From Longimicrobiales bacterium (GTDB lineage Bacteria > Gemmatimonadota > Gemmatimonadetes > Longimicrobiales > Gaopeijiaceae), in NCBI GenBank assembly GCA_965202805.1, contig OZ241869.1, positions 576,001-640,000 on the forward strand: a DNA stretch of 64,000 bases, written 5' to 3'. Positions 31,835 through 42,806 of the stretch are shown piece by piece; the stretch's first letter is position 1; each line of letters starts with the position of its first letter. A program made the translations under genes and the position numbers. The notes under the pieces are model-generated. The model saw only the letters and a program-made list of their open reading frames with translations, did not search any database and had not been told where the DNA came from.

Positions 31835-32884
31835 ATGATTGCTGAGACCAGGCCGGCCTCTTCGAAGGTGCGGAGCCTTCCCGCTGCCGCCGCCTCGCGC
31901 TCCATGGTCGACTCCTTCGGGCGGCGCATCGAGTACCTGCGCATCTCGGTCACCGACAAGTGCAACCTGCGCTGCGTCTACTGCATGCCCGTCGAGGGGC
32001 TGCCCTGGCTCAAGCGCGACGAGATCCTCGACTACGAGGAGATCGCGCGCGTCGTGCGGGTGATGGCGAAGATGGGGCTCAGGCGGCTGCGCATCACCGG
32101 GGGCGAGCCGCTGGTGCGGCGCGACCTCTCATCCCTCATCCGCATGCTCTCCGCCATTGACGGCATCGAGAACATCGCCCTCTCCACGAACGCGGTGCTG
32201 CTCGAGGACCAGGCGGAGGACCTGAAGGCGGCGGGGGTCGACCGGGTCAACATCTCGCTCGATTCGCTGCGCTCGGACCGGGCCGACACCATCGCCCGGC
32301 GGCCGGGCACCCTCGACAAGGTGCTGCGCGGGCTGGACGCGGCTGAGGCGGTCGGCTTCCACCCCATCAAGCTCAACGTCGTGCTGATGCGCGACTCGAA
32401 CGACGACGAGATCGCGGACTTCGCGGCCATCACGCGCGAGCGACCCTGGCACATCCGCTTCATCGAGATCATGCCCACCGGCTCGAACACCGACCTGTCC
32501 GCGGACAGCTTCATCTCGTGCAACGAGGCGCTCGACCGGGTGCGGCAACTCGGCGACCTGAAGCCCGTGGAGGGCCCGCTGGGCAACGGCCCGGCGACCT
32601 ACTACCGCTTCGACGGCGCGCCCGGCACCATCGGCGTCATCACCCCGATGAGCCACAACTTCTGCGACCGCTGCAACCGCATGCGGCTCACCGCGGACGG
32701 GCAGCTCAGGCCGTGCCTGTTCGGCTCGATCCAGACCGACCTGCGGAGCGCGCTCAGGCGCGGGGAGAACATCCGCCCGCTCGTCGAGGAGACGCTGCGC
32801 ATCAAGCCCGAGCGCCACTGGCTGGTGCAGGGGAGCACCGAGGGCTCCGGCGGCCTGATCGCGCTGAGCCAGACCGGCGGTTAA
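31835..32884 (+). CDS. moaA: GTP 3',8-cyclase
   Basis: YLRISVTDKCNLRCVYCMP, FCDRCNRMRLTADG, C-terminal GG. Confidence 0.96.
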   Translation: MIAETRPASSKVRSLPAAAASRSMVDSFGRRIEYLRISVTDKCNLRCVYCMPVEGLPWLKRDEILDYEEIARVVRVMAKMGLRRLRITGGEPLVRRDLSSLIRMLSAIDGIENIALSTNAVLLEDQAEDLKAAGVDRVNISLDSLRSDRADTIARRPGTLDKVLRGLDAAEAVGFHPIKLNVVLMRDSNDDEIADFAAITRERPWHIRFIEIMPTGSNTDLSADSFISCNEALDRVRQLGDLKPVEGPLGNGPATYYRFDGAPGTIGVITPMSHNFCDRCNRMRLTADGQLRPCLFGSIQTDLRSALRRGENIRPLVEETLRIKPERHWLVQGSTEGSGGLIALSQTGG

Positions 32885-32896
32885 TCCGAGAATCCC

Positions 32897-33826
32897 ATGA
32901 GCGCACGAAAGATCACCGTGGTTGGCGCGGGCCATGTGGGCGAGAACTGCGCCCAGCGGCTGGCGGAGAAGGAGCTGGCGGAGGAAGTCGTCCTCATCGA
33001 CATCATCGACGGCATCCCCCAGGGGAAGGCGCTGGACCAGTGGGAGAGCGCGCCCATCGAGGGGTTCGACACCCGCGTGGTCGGGGCCAACGACTACGAG
33101 CTCGCGGCCGGGTCCGACATCTTCATCGTCACCGCGGGCATCGCGCGCAAGCCGGGGATGTCGCGCGACGACCTGCTCAACACCAACGCCCGCATCGTGG
33201 CTTCGGTGTCGTCGGAGATCGCCCGGGTCGCGCCCGACTCGATCGTCATGATGGTGTCGAACCCGCTCGACGTGATGGCGTACGTGGCGCTCGACACCAC
33301 GGGATTCCCGCGCGAGCGCGTGATCGGGATGGCCGGGGTCCTGGACACGGCCCGCTACCGCTCCTTCGTGGCGCTTGAGCTGGACGTGAGCGTGGCCGAC
33401 ATCCAGGCGCTGGTGCTGGGCGGACACGGCGACACCATGGTGCCGCTGGTGAACTACACCTCGGTGAGCGGGATCCCGCTGACGGAGCTGCTGCCGCGCG
33501 AGCGCATCGACGCGCTCATCGAGCGGACGCGCAACGGGGGCGCCGAGATCGTCGGCTACCTGAAGACCGGGAGCGCCTACTACGCGCCGTCCGCGGCCGC
33601 CGTGCAGATGGCCGAGGCGATCGTTAAGAACAAGCGGCGCATCCTGCCGTGCGCGGCGTACCTGGAGGGCGAGTACGGCCACGAGGGCATCTTCCTCGGG
33701 GTGCCGTGCAAGCTGGGTGCGGGCGGGCTCGTGGAGGTGGTCGAGCTGCGGCTGTCCGACGAGGAGCAGGCCATGCTCGACGGCAGCGCCCAGCACGTGC
33801 GTTCGACGATGGCGGCGCTGAGCTAA
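32897..33826 (+). CDS. mdh: Malate dehydrogenase
   Basis: [33 protein letters not shown]. Confidence 0.95.
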   Translation: MSARKITVVGAGHVGENCAQRLAEKELAEEVVLIDIIDGIPQGKALDQWESAPIEGFDTRVVGANDYELAAGSDIFIVTAGIARKPGMSRDDLLNTNARIVASVSSEIARVAPDSIVMMVSNPLDVMAYVALDTTGFPRERVIGMAGVLDTARYRSFVALELDVSVADIQALVLGGHGDTMVPLVNYTSVSGIPLTELLPRERIDALIERTRNGGAEIVGYLKTGSAYYAPSAAAVQMAEAIVKNKRRILPCAAYLEGEYGHEGIFLGVPCKLGAGGLVEVVELRLSDEEQAMLDGSAQHVRSTMAALS

Positions 33827-33834
33827 AGCCCCAT

Positions 33835-34617
33835 CTACGGGCGCGAGAACACCGCCATGTCGAGGTCTGCGGGATTGATCTCCACGTCGCTCATGCGCAG
33901 GATCTTCCACACCCGGCCCTGCCTGACGTGGACGCGGGCGCCCACGTAGGGGTAGCCCTCGTCGGTGCGCAGGTCCGTCCACCGGTTGTGGTCGACGCCG
34001 CCGGTCCCGCCGGTCTGGTAGGTCACCTCGACCGGCCAGCTGCGCCCGTCCTCGAAGTAGTAGTGCCAGACGTCGCTGCCGACCCCCTCGCCGAAGGTGA
34101 CCACGACGTCGTGGCGGTCCTGGGCGTCGCGCCCCCGGTAGGCGAGGTGCACGCCCGGGTCGCGGAGCTTGAAGGGGAGCGCCATCCAGTAGTTGACGTC
34201 GCCGGAGATGTAGCGCACCTCGTCGCGGTCGCGGTCGCCGGGTTCGAGCGGTTCGCCGTTGCGCACGGCCCAGTCGGCGACCCCGTCCCAGCCCTGCTGG
34301 ATGTAGTCGTTGCCCTCCCAGCGGTCGATGCGCGCCAGCTCGCCCATGTCGGTGCGCGCGATGGTCACGTAGCGCGGGCGGGCGCGGCGCATGCGGCCGG
34401 TCCCGGGGTCGTAGAGCTCGGTGGTGAAGGTGTAGCGGGCGCTGTGAAAGCCGGCGTAGGCCTCCATGCCGCCGACCGATTCGATCCAGGCGTCGACCAG
34501 CGCCATCGCCTCCCGGTCGGCGGAGTCGGGGCCGGAGCCGGCCTGGGCGGAGAGTTCGGCGCCGCCGGCGAGGGCCAGCGCCGTGAGCAGCATCGGCAGG
34601 TTTGAAGTCACGCGCAT
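33835..34617 (-). CDS. Exported hypothetical protein (possibly LolA-like fold)
   Basis: Signal peptide; GGMEAY and [13 protein letters not shown]; host-like codon usage. Confidence 0.65.
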   Translation of the reverse strand: MRVTSNLPMLLTALALAGGAELSAQAGSGPDSADREAMALVDAWIESVGGMEAYAGFHSARYTFTTELYDPGTGRMRRARPRYVTIARTDMGELARIDRWEGNDYIQQGWDGVADWAVRNGEPLEPGDRDRDEVRYISGDVNYWMALPFKLRDPGVHLAYRGRDAQDRHDVVVTFGEGVGSDVWHYYFEDGRSWPVEVTYQTGGTGGVDHNRWTDLRTDEGYPYVGARVHVRQGRVWKILRMSDVEINPADLDMAVFSRP

Positions 34618-34872
34618 CCCGGGCCTCCCTCGAAATCTCTCAACGGTTGTTCACGATTCGGCAAACGACATCGGCGCCAAAATAATGCACGAGCAGCGGG
34701 CGATCCAATGCGCCCCGTCGGACTGCTCCGCGGAGCGCCCCGTCGGACCGCCGCGCGGTGGTTTGGCATCCGCGAGCCGCCTCCCTATGTTGCCTCCGCC
34801 ATCGTCCGCCGCGGGCCGCGCCCCGGCGCCCGGCGGGCCTCCTCCTTGAACCCCATCCCCCCTCGACCCCGC

Positions 34873-35427
34873 ATGCCCATCCGAAGCGACCACTGGATTC
34901 AGAAGATGTCGGAGGAGCACGGGATGATCGAGCCGTTCGAGGCCGGACAGGTGCGCGACGGGTGCATCTCCTACGGCCTTTCGTCCTACGGCTACGACAT
35001 CCGCGTCGCCCCCGACTTCAAGGTGTTCACCAACGTCCACAACGTGATCGTCGATCCCAAGGAGTTCGACGACCGCTCGTTCGTGGACATCCCCGAGGAA
35101 GCGTGCATCATCCCGCCCAACTCCTTCGCCCTGGGGCGCACCGTCGAGTACTTCCGCATCCCGCGCGACACGCTGGTGGTGTGCGTGGGCAAGTCGACGT
35201 ACGCGCGCTGCGGGATCATCGTCAACGTGACGCCGCTCGAGCCCACCTGGTGCGGCCATCTCACGCTCGAGATCTCGAACACGACGCCCCTGCCCGCGAA
35301 GATCTACGCCAACGAGGGCATCGCCCAGCTGCTCTTCCTGCAGGGAGACCGGGAGCCGCGCGTGGCGTACGCGGACCGGAAGGGCAAGTACCAGGACCAG
35401 AAAGGAGTTACGCTGCCGAAGCTGTAG
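34873..35427 (+). CDS. dcd: dCTP deaminase
   Basis: [33 protein letters not shown]. Confidence 0.96.
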   Translation: MPIRSDHWIQKMSEEHGMIEPFEAGQVRDGCISYGLSSYGYDIRVAPDFKVFTNVHNVIVDPKEFDDRSFVDIPEEACIIPPNSFALGRTVEYFRIPRDTLVVCVGKSTYARCGIIVNVTPLEPTWCGHLTLEISNTTPLPAKIYANEGIAQLLFLQGDREPRVAYADRKGKYQDQKGVTLPKL

Positions 35428-35487
35428 GCTGCTCAGACGGGCTTGCGCCAGCCCGGCGTCCCGTCGACCCGGCCGGGAACAGGCGAC

Positions 35488-37485
35488 TCAACGCCTCGTG
35501 GAAGCGGAGCACACGGCTCCTCCCTCGTGTTGAGGGATGCCCGCCAGCCATTCCTGAAATGCCCGGTCCGCAGGAGAGCAGAGGCCGGTTTCGTTCCAGA
35601 TGAAGTGGGTGAGGCGAAAACGGACGTATTCCCTGGGAATCGCACCGATAAGTCCGCGGTTGGCGCCGACGTCGAGCTGAAACAGCTGCGGGATTTCCGC
35701 CAGTGCGGACGGGAGGGTGCCGCTGAGCTGATTGTGGTGCAACTCAAGGACGTTCAGTGCCGACATCCGACCGAGCTCCCGCGGGATCAGGCCCGCCAGC
35801 GAGTTGCAGCACAGGCGCATGCGATACACTGCCTTGAGCCTTCCGAGTTCGGGCGGGATCGAGCCCGAGAGCTGATTCTCGTGGAGCTGGAAGATGCGCA
35901 GTTCAGCGATGTTTCCGAGTTGCCGGGGGATGGAGCCCGACAGCTGATTCCGGGCGAGCGAGAGGACATTGAGCCCGGAGATGTCGCCCAGTTCAGCGGG
36001 AATCGGACCCGTCAGGGAATTCTCGTCGAGGGTCAGAACCACGAGATTCCGCAACTCGCCGATTTCGCGCGGGATCGGGCCCTCGAGTTCGTTGTGCGTG
36101 AAATCGATGAACTCGAGCTCGTCCAGAAGCGCGAGTTCGCCCGGAAGCGATCCCTTCAGACCGTTGTCCCGCATGACCAGCGAAATGACCCGTCCCTCCC
36201 TGTTGGTCCCGACGCCATGCCAGTGCCGCAGCGACGCATCGGTCAGCCAGTTTTCGCTGTCGCGCCAGTCCGCCCCGCCGGTGGCGTAGTAGAGGGCGGC
36301 GAGGGCGCTCCGATCCGGGAAGACGACGAGGAGCTCCGCGGTTGCCTGTTGCGCGCTCCCGGCCAGATGGACCGTGATTTCGACCGAACCGGGCTCTCGC
36401 GCGACGACCCGTCCGCCCGAACTCACCTCCGCCACGGAGGGGTCGCTCGACAACCACATGAACTCGGCCGCCGCAATCAGGTTGTCGTTGGCGTCGAAAG
36501 CCTCCGCTGCCAGCTGCAGCGTGTCACGCCGCGCGAACAGCGTTGCCGACGAGGGCGTTACATGGACCGAGACCGCTTCCTGCTCGACGATGAAGGCCGC
36601 CGTCGCAGAAACGGACCCCGACGACGCGCTGACGCCGGCACTGCCGTTTCCGACAGCCGACACCAGGCCCGTGGACGTGACGGTGATCACGGATTCGTCG
36701 CTCGAAGCCCACGTCACGCCGGCCCCGTCGACCGGGTTGCCGAGTTCGTCGAGCACGTCGGCGGCCATCTGGAGCCGATCGCCAAGGGCCCGGAAGGGTT
36801 CCGGATCCGGAGTCAGCCGTATCTCGGCGATCTCCTGTTGCACGGAAAAGTCGGCTGCCGCCTCCTCCGAACCGGCAGTTGCCGTTACCGTTGCGTCCCC
36901 ATTGCCCGTCGCGGTGACCAGTCCCTCGTCGCTCACCGTCACGACCGCTTCGTCGCTGGACGACCACGTGACGCGCGCGGCCTGCACCCGATGGCCGTTG
37001 GCGTCGAGGGCTTCCGCCGACATCTGCAGCGTCTGTCCGATCGCGCTGAAGACCCGGGGATCCGGTGTCAGCCTGACCTCGACGATCTGCTGTTCAACGG
37101 TGATCGCCGCACTCCCGGAGGCGCCGCCGCCCCGTACCGTGGCCGTGATGTTGGCCGCTCCGTCTTCCACCGCCGTGACGAGACCGCTCGCGTCAACGGT
37201 TGCGACGCCCCCGTCGCTGCTCGCCCAGTTGACGGCCACTCCGGTCATGAGCGTGCCGGTCTGGTCGCGCACGGTCGCAGTGAATTGGACCGTCTGCCCG
37301 AGCGAAGCCAGAACGGCGGACGGAGGGGTGATCGCCAGCGTCGTGGGGACCGGAGCCGGCGCGACCACATCGGGTTCGCCCTCTCCACAGGCCAGAATCA
37401 GGATGGGCACGAGGAGGAGGCGCAGAGGCAGGCGGGGAGCGCGATGATGAGCGACTAACGCGGATCCCGCGGCAGATGGAGGCAT
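35488..37485 (-). CDS. Lipoprotein with four Ig-like (BIG_2-type) repeats and a C-terminal LRR block
   Basis: ILAC lipobox; WxSSD..V.TV...GLV repeats; DRSALAALYYATGG cap followed by GxIPxELG repeats. Confidence 0.88.
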   Translation of the reverse strand: MPPSAAGSALVAHHRAPRLPLRLLLVPILILACGEGEPDVVAPAPVPTTLAITPPSAVLASLGQTVQFTATVRDQTGTLMTGVAVNWASSDGGVATVDASGLVTAVEDGAANITATVRGGGASGSAAITVEQQIVEVRLTPDPRVFSAIGQTLQMSAEALDANGHRVQAARVTWSSSDEAVVTVSDEGLVTATGNGDATVTATAGSEEAAADFSVQQEIAEIRLTPDPEPFRALGDRLQMAADVLDELGNPVDGAGVTWASSDESVITVTSTGLVSAVGNGSAGVSASSGSVSATAAFIVEQEAVSVHVTPSSATLFARRDTLQLAAEAFDANDNLIAAAEFMWLSSDPSVAEVSSGGRVVAREPGSVEITVHLAGSAQQATAELLVVFPDRSALAALYYATGGADWRDSENWLTDASLRHWHGVGTNREGRVISLVMRDNGLKGSLPGELALLDELEFIDFTHNELEGPIPREIGELRNLVVLTLDENSLTGPIPAELGDISGLNVLSLARNQLSGSIPRQLGNIAELRIFQLHENQLSGSIPPELGRLKAVYRMRLCCNSLAGLIPRELGRMSALNVLELHHNQLSGTLPSALAEIPQLFQLDVGANRGLIGAIPREYVRFRLTHFIWNETGLCSPADRAFQEWLAGIPQHEGGAVCSASTRR

Positions 37486-37524
37486 CGCAAGCCCCTTCGC
37501 ACGAACGCGGATTGTGGCGGTCCG

Positions 37525-38040
37525 CTAGGACCCCGGGTTCACCTCCACCAGCTCGACCTCGAAGATCAGCACCGAGCCCGCGGGGATGAGGGGACTCGGG
37601 GACTGGGCGCCGTAGGCCAGTTGCGGGGGGATGACGAGCTGACGCACGCCTCCGACCCTCATGCCCGGGAGCCCTTCCTCCCACCCGGCGATGACCTGGC
37701 CCGCGCCAACCATCACGGGGAACGGGTCGCGCCCGGGGTTGCGGGAGGAGTCGAAGAGCGTGCCGTCGTTCACCCAGCCGCTGTAGTGAACGACCATGAC
37801 GTCGCCCGCGACGGTGGGGTCGCCCTCCCCTACCTGGAGGTCCCTGATGTAGAGCCCCGAGGGCTGCAGCTCCATCGCGGAGAGGTCGACGCCCAGGGAC
37901 GAGGCGTAGATGATGTCGGCCGGGTTCTGAAGAACCACCTCCGCGGGGCCGCTCTCGTCGCCGCCGCAGACCGCCAGGGTCAGGGCGAGGGGAAGGAGGA
38001 TGAGCGTGCGGACGGGGCGGCGGGCTGAGGAGATGAGCAT
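37525..38040 (-). CDS. FKBP-type peptidyl-prolyl isomerase (lipoprotein)
   Basis: VHYSG, FDSS, VIAGWEEG, IPPQLAYG, LIFEVEL; LAVC lipobox. Confidence 0.92.
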   Translation of the reverse strand: MLISSARRPVRTLILLPLALTLAVCGGDESGPAEVVLQNPADIIYASSLGVDLSAMELQPSGLYIRDLQVGEGDPTVAGDVMVVHYSGWVNDGTLFDSSRNPGRDPFPVMVGAGQVIAGWEEGLPGMRVGGVRQLVIPPQLAYGAQSPSPLIPAGSVLIFEVELVEVNPGS

Positions 38041-38142
38041 GGGTTCCCGGGTGTTCGGTCGAGTGGCGTTCGATGTGCACACCAAGCTAGCCGCGCCGGT
38101 TGAGGATGCACAGGGTGGGGGGTGGCCCTGGCGTGAGGGGTG

Positions 38143-38394
38143 TCAAGCTGCTCCGGCCACCTCTCTTGCCCGCGCGATGACTTCCTCAGCCGCCTCGCAT
38201 TCGAGGACTGCCTCGGCGACGGCGGAGATGCGGTCGGGGTCGGAGAGAGGGTCGAGAACCGGGACGAGCCGGTCCGCGGTAGCCGGACCAAACCTCCGAG
38301 AGACGAGTCGGCGTACCAACTCTCGTTCCCCTTCGATCCGGCCTCGCTCCACGTCCTCCTCACGCCACTTCCGCACCCGATCGATCAATGTCAT
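38143..38394 (-). CDS. Rpn-family C-terminal domain protein (RpnS/DUF4351-like)
   Basis: ERGRIEGERELVRRLVSRRFG; GGAGGAG RBS; 3' end duplicated in the neighbouring Rpn remnant. Confidence 0.6.
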   Translation of the reverse strand: MTLIDRVRKWREEDVERGRIEGERELVRRLVSRRFGPATADRLVPVLDPLSDPDRISAVAEAVLECEAAEEVIARAREVAGAA

Positions 38395-38509
38395 CTCTGC
38401 TTGCTCCTCCTGCCGGGCCAGGCATCCCGGACCCTTCGGATCATCCTCATTGGGGACGAAGGTCGCTGACCGCGCGACGGATCAGAGCGGGTTCGATTGA
38501 GGCCAAGCC

Positions 38510-38692
38510 TCAAGCCTTAATCGGATCCGGAGCCTCGATGGCCCAGTGCTTTGACTCGTACCGTTCGACTAGGGTCACCAGGATCTCCAGCTTGTCGGAC
38601 TCCGGCGTCCCGGGGGTGGCCCCCATGAGGCGGTCGATCTCACCCAGCGCCTCGTCGTAGTCGGCTTCGCTTCTGATCGGTGTGATCGCCAT
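38510..38692 (-). pseudogene. Truncated HigA-like antitoxin (N-terminal half)
   Basis: ITPIRSEADYDEAL...DKLEILVTLVERYE...PDPI, then a stop; no HTH half and no toxin gene nearby. Confidence 0.7.
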
Positions 38693-38748
38693 GTCGGGTT
38701 CCTCCATGTCGGTTGGTTGGATCGCCACCCTGAGTTATGTGACGGGTG

Positions 38749-39150
38749 TCACGCTGCTCCGGCCACCTCTCTTGCCCGCGCGATGAGCTCCTCAGCCGTC
38801 TCGTATTCGATGACCGCGTCTGCGACGGCCGCAATGCGGTCGGGGCCAGTCCGCCAGCGAAGCCAGGAGTTCCTTCAGCTGCTCCGTCGACCGCGCCTGT
38901 TCGAGCCGCGCGATCATCGACAGGACGTTGTCGGGCGGCAGCCCCGAAGCATCGAGCATGCGCAACTCAATGAGAAGATACCGATGACGCGGAACATATC
39001 CAACCAGCCTCCTGGGAGCGGAGGGGAACAGGTCGCGGATGTCCGTGGCCGCATTCCAGCGCCGTTCGCCATTGTAGACGACGATGGGGAGGACGAACGG
39101 GAACTCGCCACGCGGTCCGAGGGCGCTCCGGGCACCCCTGGCCAACCTCC
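38749..39150 (-). pseudogene. Rpn family nuclease/putative transposase remnant
   Basis: PFVLPIVVYNGERRW...RYLLIE joined by a frameshift or deletion to ...IARAREVAGAA*; no N-terminus. Confidence 0.75.
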
Positions 39151-39308
39151 AAGACCTTCTCGACCGACTCGGCATTCGGGCGGGCGAGTTACGCATTTTA
39201 CGTATTTTGTGTAATCTGCGTAACCTAGGGGGCTGGAGCCCCTCCACCACCAGGGAACGCCAGCACCCGCCCTTGGTTGCTCGGCGTGGGCTCCCCCGAT
39301 CTCCGATT

Positions 39309-40235
39309 TCAGTTCCGGAAGACCTGCGCCCGGTGCCAGTCGACGTATGTGCGACGAGGCACGTGCAGCCTGCTTCGCGGAGGCCGAATGAGCTGCCCCG
39401 AGTAATCGGAGAGGAGGCTCTCGCTCGGGATGTTCCCCCGGACCTGGCCGGAAACCAGCACGCGATAGCCCGTGCCCTTGGCCTCCAGTCCAACCGCGCC
39501 CCGATCGAGCGCCCGGTGATGAAGCAGGCAGAGGGCCAAGCCGTTGAACACATCGTCCGGTCCCCTGTGGGAGTGCCACTGGATGTGCGCGGCCTCGAGT
39601 CCCAGCAGTTCATCGTTGATCCGGAGATCGAAGTCGCAGATCGCGCAGCGCTCGTCGTACGCCTGAAGCACTTCCTTGCGGAATATCAGGCGTCGCGGTC
39701 TGCGATAGACCACCATTCGCTGCTTCCTGCCGGGCTCGCGCCCGAGCGGTAATCCCGGCACCAACCACGCGTAGGAAAGGCCGACGGCTTCGAGAACCTC
39801 GTCGTGCAGAGAGATCGGGAAGTGCTTCGCGAGGAGGAGTCGGGCGGCTTCGAGAGCCAGCTCCGGGTCGGACTCCAGCAACTCGGAGACCTCGCTTGTG
39901 AATCCCCCTTCGACATCATACTTCCTCAGATCCGTCAAACGGAGATAACCCGTGCCCCACGAAGGCAGCTCGGTTACTCGGGGGATCTCCCAGATGCCAT
40001 CGTGCACGAGATACCGAAACGGATACTGAACGAGCCCACGCCTCGGCGGGCCGAATCGGCGCCATAGTTCTCCAAAGCGCGTTTCCGCCTCGCGGAATGG
40101 AATCAGGCGTGCCTCGCCCCGGAAGGAGCGTCCAAGCATCAGAAGAAGCAGGAGCGGCTTGTGGGGTGCCCGCTGGCTGCCCTTCTTCCAGATGGTGATG
40201 TCGTTCACCAGCCGCAGGAATCGCTCGGGAGTCAT
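39309..40235 (-). CDS. HNH restriction endonuclease, phosphorothioate-binding (SBD-HNH) type
   Basis: N-terminal RAPHKPLLLL and YPF; C-terminal AY..RCAIC, LEAAHI, NGLALCLLHHRALD. Confidence 0.82.
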   Translation of the reverse strand: MTPERFLRLVNDITIWKKGSQRAPHKPLLLLLMLGRSFRGEARLIPFREAETRFGELWRRFGPPRRGLVQYPFRYLVHDGIWEIPRVTELPSWGTGYLRLTDLRKYDVEGGFTSEVSELLESDPELALEAARLLLAKHFPISLHDEVLEAVGLSYAWLVPGLPLGREPGRKQRMVVYRRPRRLIFRKEVLQAYDERCAICDFDLRINDELLGLEAAHIQWHSHRGPDDVFNGLALCLLHHRALDRGAVGLEAKGTGYRVLVSGQVRGNIPSESLLSDYSGQLIRPPRSRLHVPRRTYVDWHRAQVFRN

Positions 40236-40243
40236 CTCGGACT

Positions 40244-40362
40244 ACAGGGAAGGCCTGGTGGACTCGGGGGTGGTCACGCCGGACTCCCTGGCCAGATGCT
40301 CCTGGGTCCAGCCGCGGAGCTTCCTGGTCTCGCGAGGCCGTTGCGCGAAGATCGGGGGGAGG
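40244..40362 (-). pseudogene. XRE-family HTH remnant
   Basis: One frame reads PIFAQRPRETRKLRGWTQEHLARESGVTT then stops; no in-frame start seen. Confidence 0.45.
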
Positions 40363-40559
40363 CCGTTGATGAGCCTATGCTTGTGTGGTTCATGAGCCTG
40401 CGTTGACGATAAGCCGTATGCGTTGAGCGACTTGCGTACCCAAGATGGGGTGATAAGATGGGTCTGTCGATTGGCACGGCAAGCAAGTGCCGCGACACGA
40501 GACCGAGAACGCTTGGGCGATGGTGAGCCCCGACCCAGTATCCGAGGATGTGACGCGAT

Positions 40560-42806
40560 ATGCCGAGAGTGCCCGCAGACGCCCCTGTCTACCGCGCCGC
40601 CGCTCGCTGGAGAGATCGGTGTCTTCGAGACGATGGATCCGTTCTATCGGAGAAGTCGCTTTGGACTGCGGAGAATGTGGGATACCTAGTCACCCATTTT
40701 GCGGAGAATCCGGACGAGGGGGAAGGGACGTTCTTCGAGAAGCTGGAATACCAGCTGGCTTTGGCGCCCGGTAGCGCGAAGCAGCTCGCGGCGGAGATGT
40801 TCTGGGTGATGTACCTGTTTCCCGTCCCGAAATCGATGCAGCCCGGGACGAAGCGCCAACAGATTCGCCAGGTCTGGGAATGGTCGGATGAGCCGCTCCC
40901 CGACGCCCCGTTTGAACTCGAGGAGGCTCTCAATGACGGCCTCGGTCACCCTGGCACGGCTTTCAATACGCAGCGATGGAGGGAGTTGCTTTTTTTCGTC
41001 CGACTGATGGAGGCGTGGAAGCGCTCGTCCGTCCCGCAACGGGAGGCTCGACTTGGAGACCCCTGGAATCTCGCGGAATGGCTTAAGGAGCAGGACAAGA
41101 CGAGAACCCGACAACTACGCCACATTGTGTTGTGCCTTCTCTTTCCCGACCACTTCGAGCCTTTTGCCACGGGGTATCAGAAGCGGATCATCGCGCAGGC
41201 GTTCGCCAAGAGATTCGGTGAGGACCTGTCCGCAGTAGACTACAAGGACAGAATTACCGTTGATCGGCAGATACTGGTCATCCGGGAAAAGCTCCAAAAG
41301 GACGAGGGCGCCGCTCCGGACTTCGACTTCCACGACGAACCGTACTTGAAGGTCTGGCGGCCGGACGACGAAGAAGTCGATGATGACGGTTATCCAACTC
41401 TGGAGGAAGCCGAGCGATGGTATCAGGAGAGGTTCGGCGAGGCCCGGGTGTGGGCGCTGGCGCCGGGTGCGGGCGCGCAGTTCTGGAATGAGTTCCAGAA
41501 AGAGGGGATCATTGCGATCGGATGGGATGAGCTCGGAGATCTCCGAGAACTCAGCACCAGGGAACACATTCACGAGCAGATCCGGGAAGCCTACGGCACG
41601 GCCAATCCGACGATGGGCTCCCTGGCCTGCTATCAGTTCGCCCGCGAGATGCAACCTGGAGACCATGTGGTGATCAAGCAGGGGCGTACGCTGCTGCTGG
41701 GTCACGGGGTCATCGAATCCGACTACGAGTTCGATGAGCGCCGTTCCGAATTCCGAAACACACGTCGCGTCAGATGGGAGAAGACCGGTCGGTGGCCGTT
41801 CACGAAGAAGCGTGCCATTACCACCAAGACCCTCACCGATTTCAGTAGCTACAAGCGGTGGCTGCTGTTTGCTTTCCGGCTCATGGAAGGGACAGATCCT
41901 CCGCTACCTCCCCCGCCCAACGGAGACCCGTCGCGGTACACTCGCCGGGATGCTCTGGAGGATCTCTTCCTTTCCAGGGCGGAGTTCGACCACATCATCG
42001 AAGCCCTCGAACGCAAGAAGAACATCGTCCTCGAAGGGCCTCCCGGTGTCGGGAAGACGTTCATAGCCAAGCGCCTGGCATACCGCGTAATCCGGTACCA
42101 GGTCCCCGAGAGAGTGCGGATGATCCAGTTCCACCAGAGCTACGCGTACGAAGACTTCATCCAGGGATATCGGCCGCGCGACGACGGGGGATTCGAGCTG
42201 CGCAACGGGGTGTTCTTCTCGTTCTGCCGCGAGGCGGCCGCCAACCCCGACGATCGCTACGTCTTCATCATCGATGAGGTGAACCGCGGGAACCTCAGCA
42301 AGATCTTCGGTGAGCTGATGATGCTCATCGAGGCCGACAAGCGGGGTAGGGAATACGCCGTCCCACTGACCTATTCGCCCGATGCCAAGCCCTTCCATGT
42401 TCCATCGAACCTCTATCTGATCGGCATGATGAACACGGCCGACCGGTCCTTGGCGATGGTGGACTACGCGCTTCGCCGGCGTTTCGCGTTCATTCGCCTT
42501 CCGCCCGCCTTCGGAACCGACCAGTTCAGCAATTTCCTGAACGCCGTGGGTGTGCCCGAGGAGATCGTCGAGAAGATCGTGGTCCGTCTCTCGGCTCTCA
42601 ACGAGAGGATAAGAGCCGATCGAAAGAACCTGGGCCCCGGCTTCGAGATCGGGCACAGCTTCTTCTGCCCGGGCGACGATGACGGGGCGCTCGACGAGTC
42701 CTGGTACGAATCGATCATCCGCAGGGAGATCAAACCCCTGCTGCGGGAATACTGGTTCGACCGTCCCGATCAGGTGGACCAGGAGGTCCGGGCGCTGCTG
42801 GCGTGA
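40560..42806 (+). CDS. mcrB: McrB-family AAA+ GTPase with extended N-terminal recognition domains
   Basis: GPPGVGKT, QFHQSYAYEDF, IDEVNRGN, MNTADRS, DYALRRRF. Confidence 0.92.
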   Translation: MPRVPADAPVYRAAARWRDRCLRDDGSVLSEKSLWTAENVGYLVTHFAENPDEGEGTFFEKLEYQLALAPGSAKQLAAEMFWVMYLFPVPKSMQPGTKRQQIRQVWEWSDEPLPDAPFELEEALNDGLGHPGTAFNTQRWRELLFFVRLMEAWKRSSVPQREARLGDPWNLAEWLKEQDKTRTRQLRHIVLCLLFPDHFEPFATGYQKRIIAQAFAKRFGEDLSAVDYKDRITVDRQILVIREKLQKDEGAAPDFDFHDEPYLKVWRPDDEEVDDDGYPTLEEAERWYQERFGEARVWALAPGAGAQFWNEFQKEGIIAIGWDELGDLRELSTREHIHEQIREAYGTANPTMGSLACYQFAREMQPGDHVVIKQGRTLLLGHGVIESDYEFDERRSEFRNTRRVRWEKTGRWPFTKKRAITTKTLTDFSSYKRWLLFAFRLMEGTDPPLPPPPNGDPSRYTRRDALEDLFLSRAEFDHIIEALERKKNIVLEGPPGVGKTFIAKRLAYRVIRYQVPERVRMIQFHQSYAYEDFIQGYRPRDDGGFELRNGVFFSFCREAAANPDDRYVFIIDEVNRGNLSKIFGELMMLIEADKRGREYAVPLTYSPDAKPFHVPSNLYLIGMMNTADRSLAMVDYALRRRFAFIRLPPAFGTDQFSNFLNAVGVPEEIVEKIVVRLSALNERIRADRKNLGPGFEIGHSFFCPGDDDGALDESWYESIIRREIKPLLREYWFDRPDQVDQEVRALLA

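Noticed and set aside
39228..39249. tRNA or tmRNA gene
   Set aside because: Only 22 nt of resemblance; no T-loop or cloverleaf.
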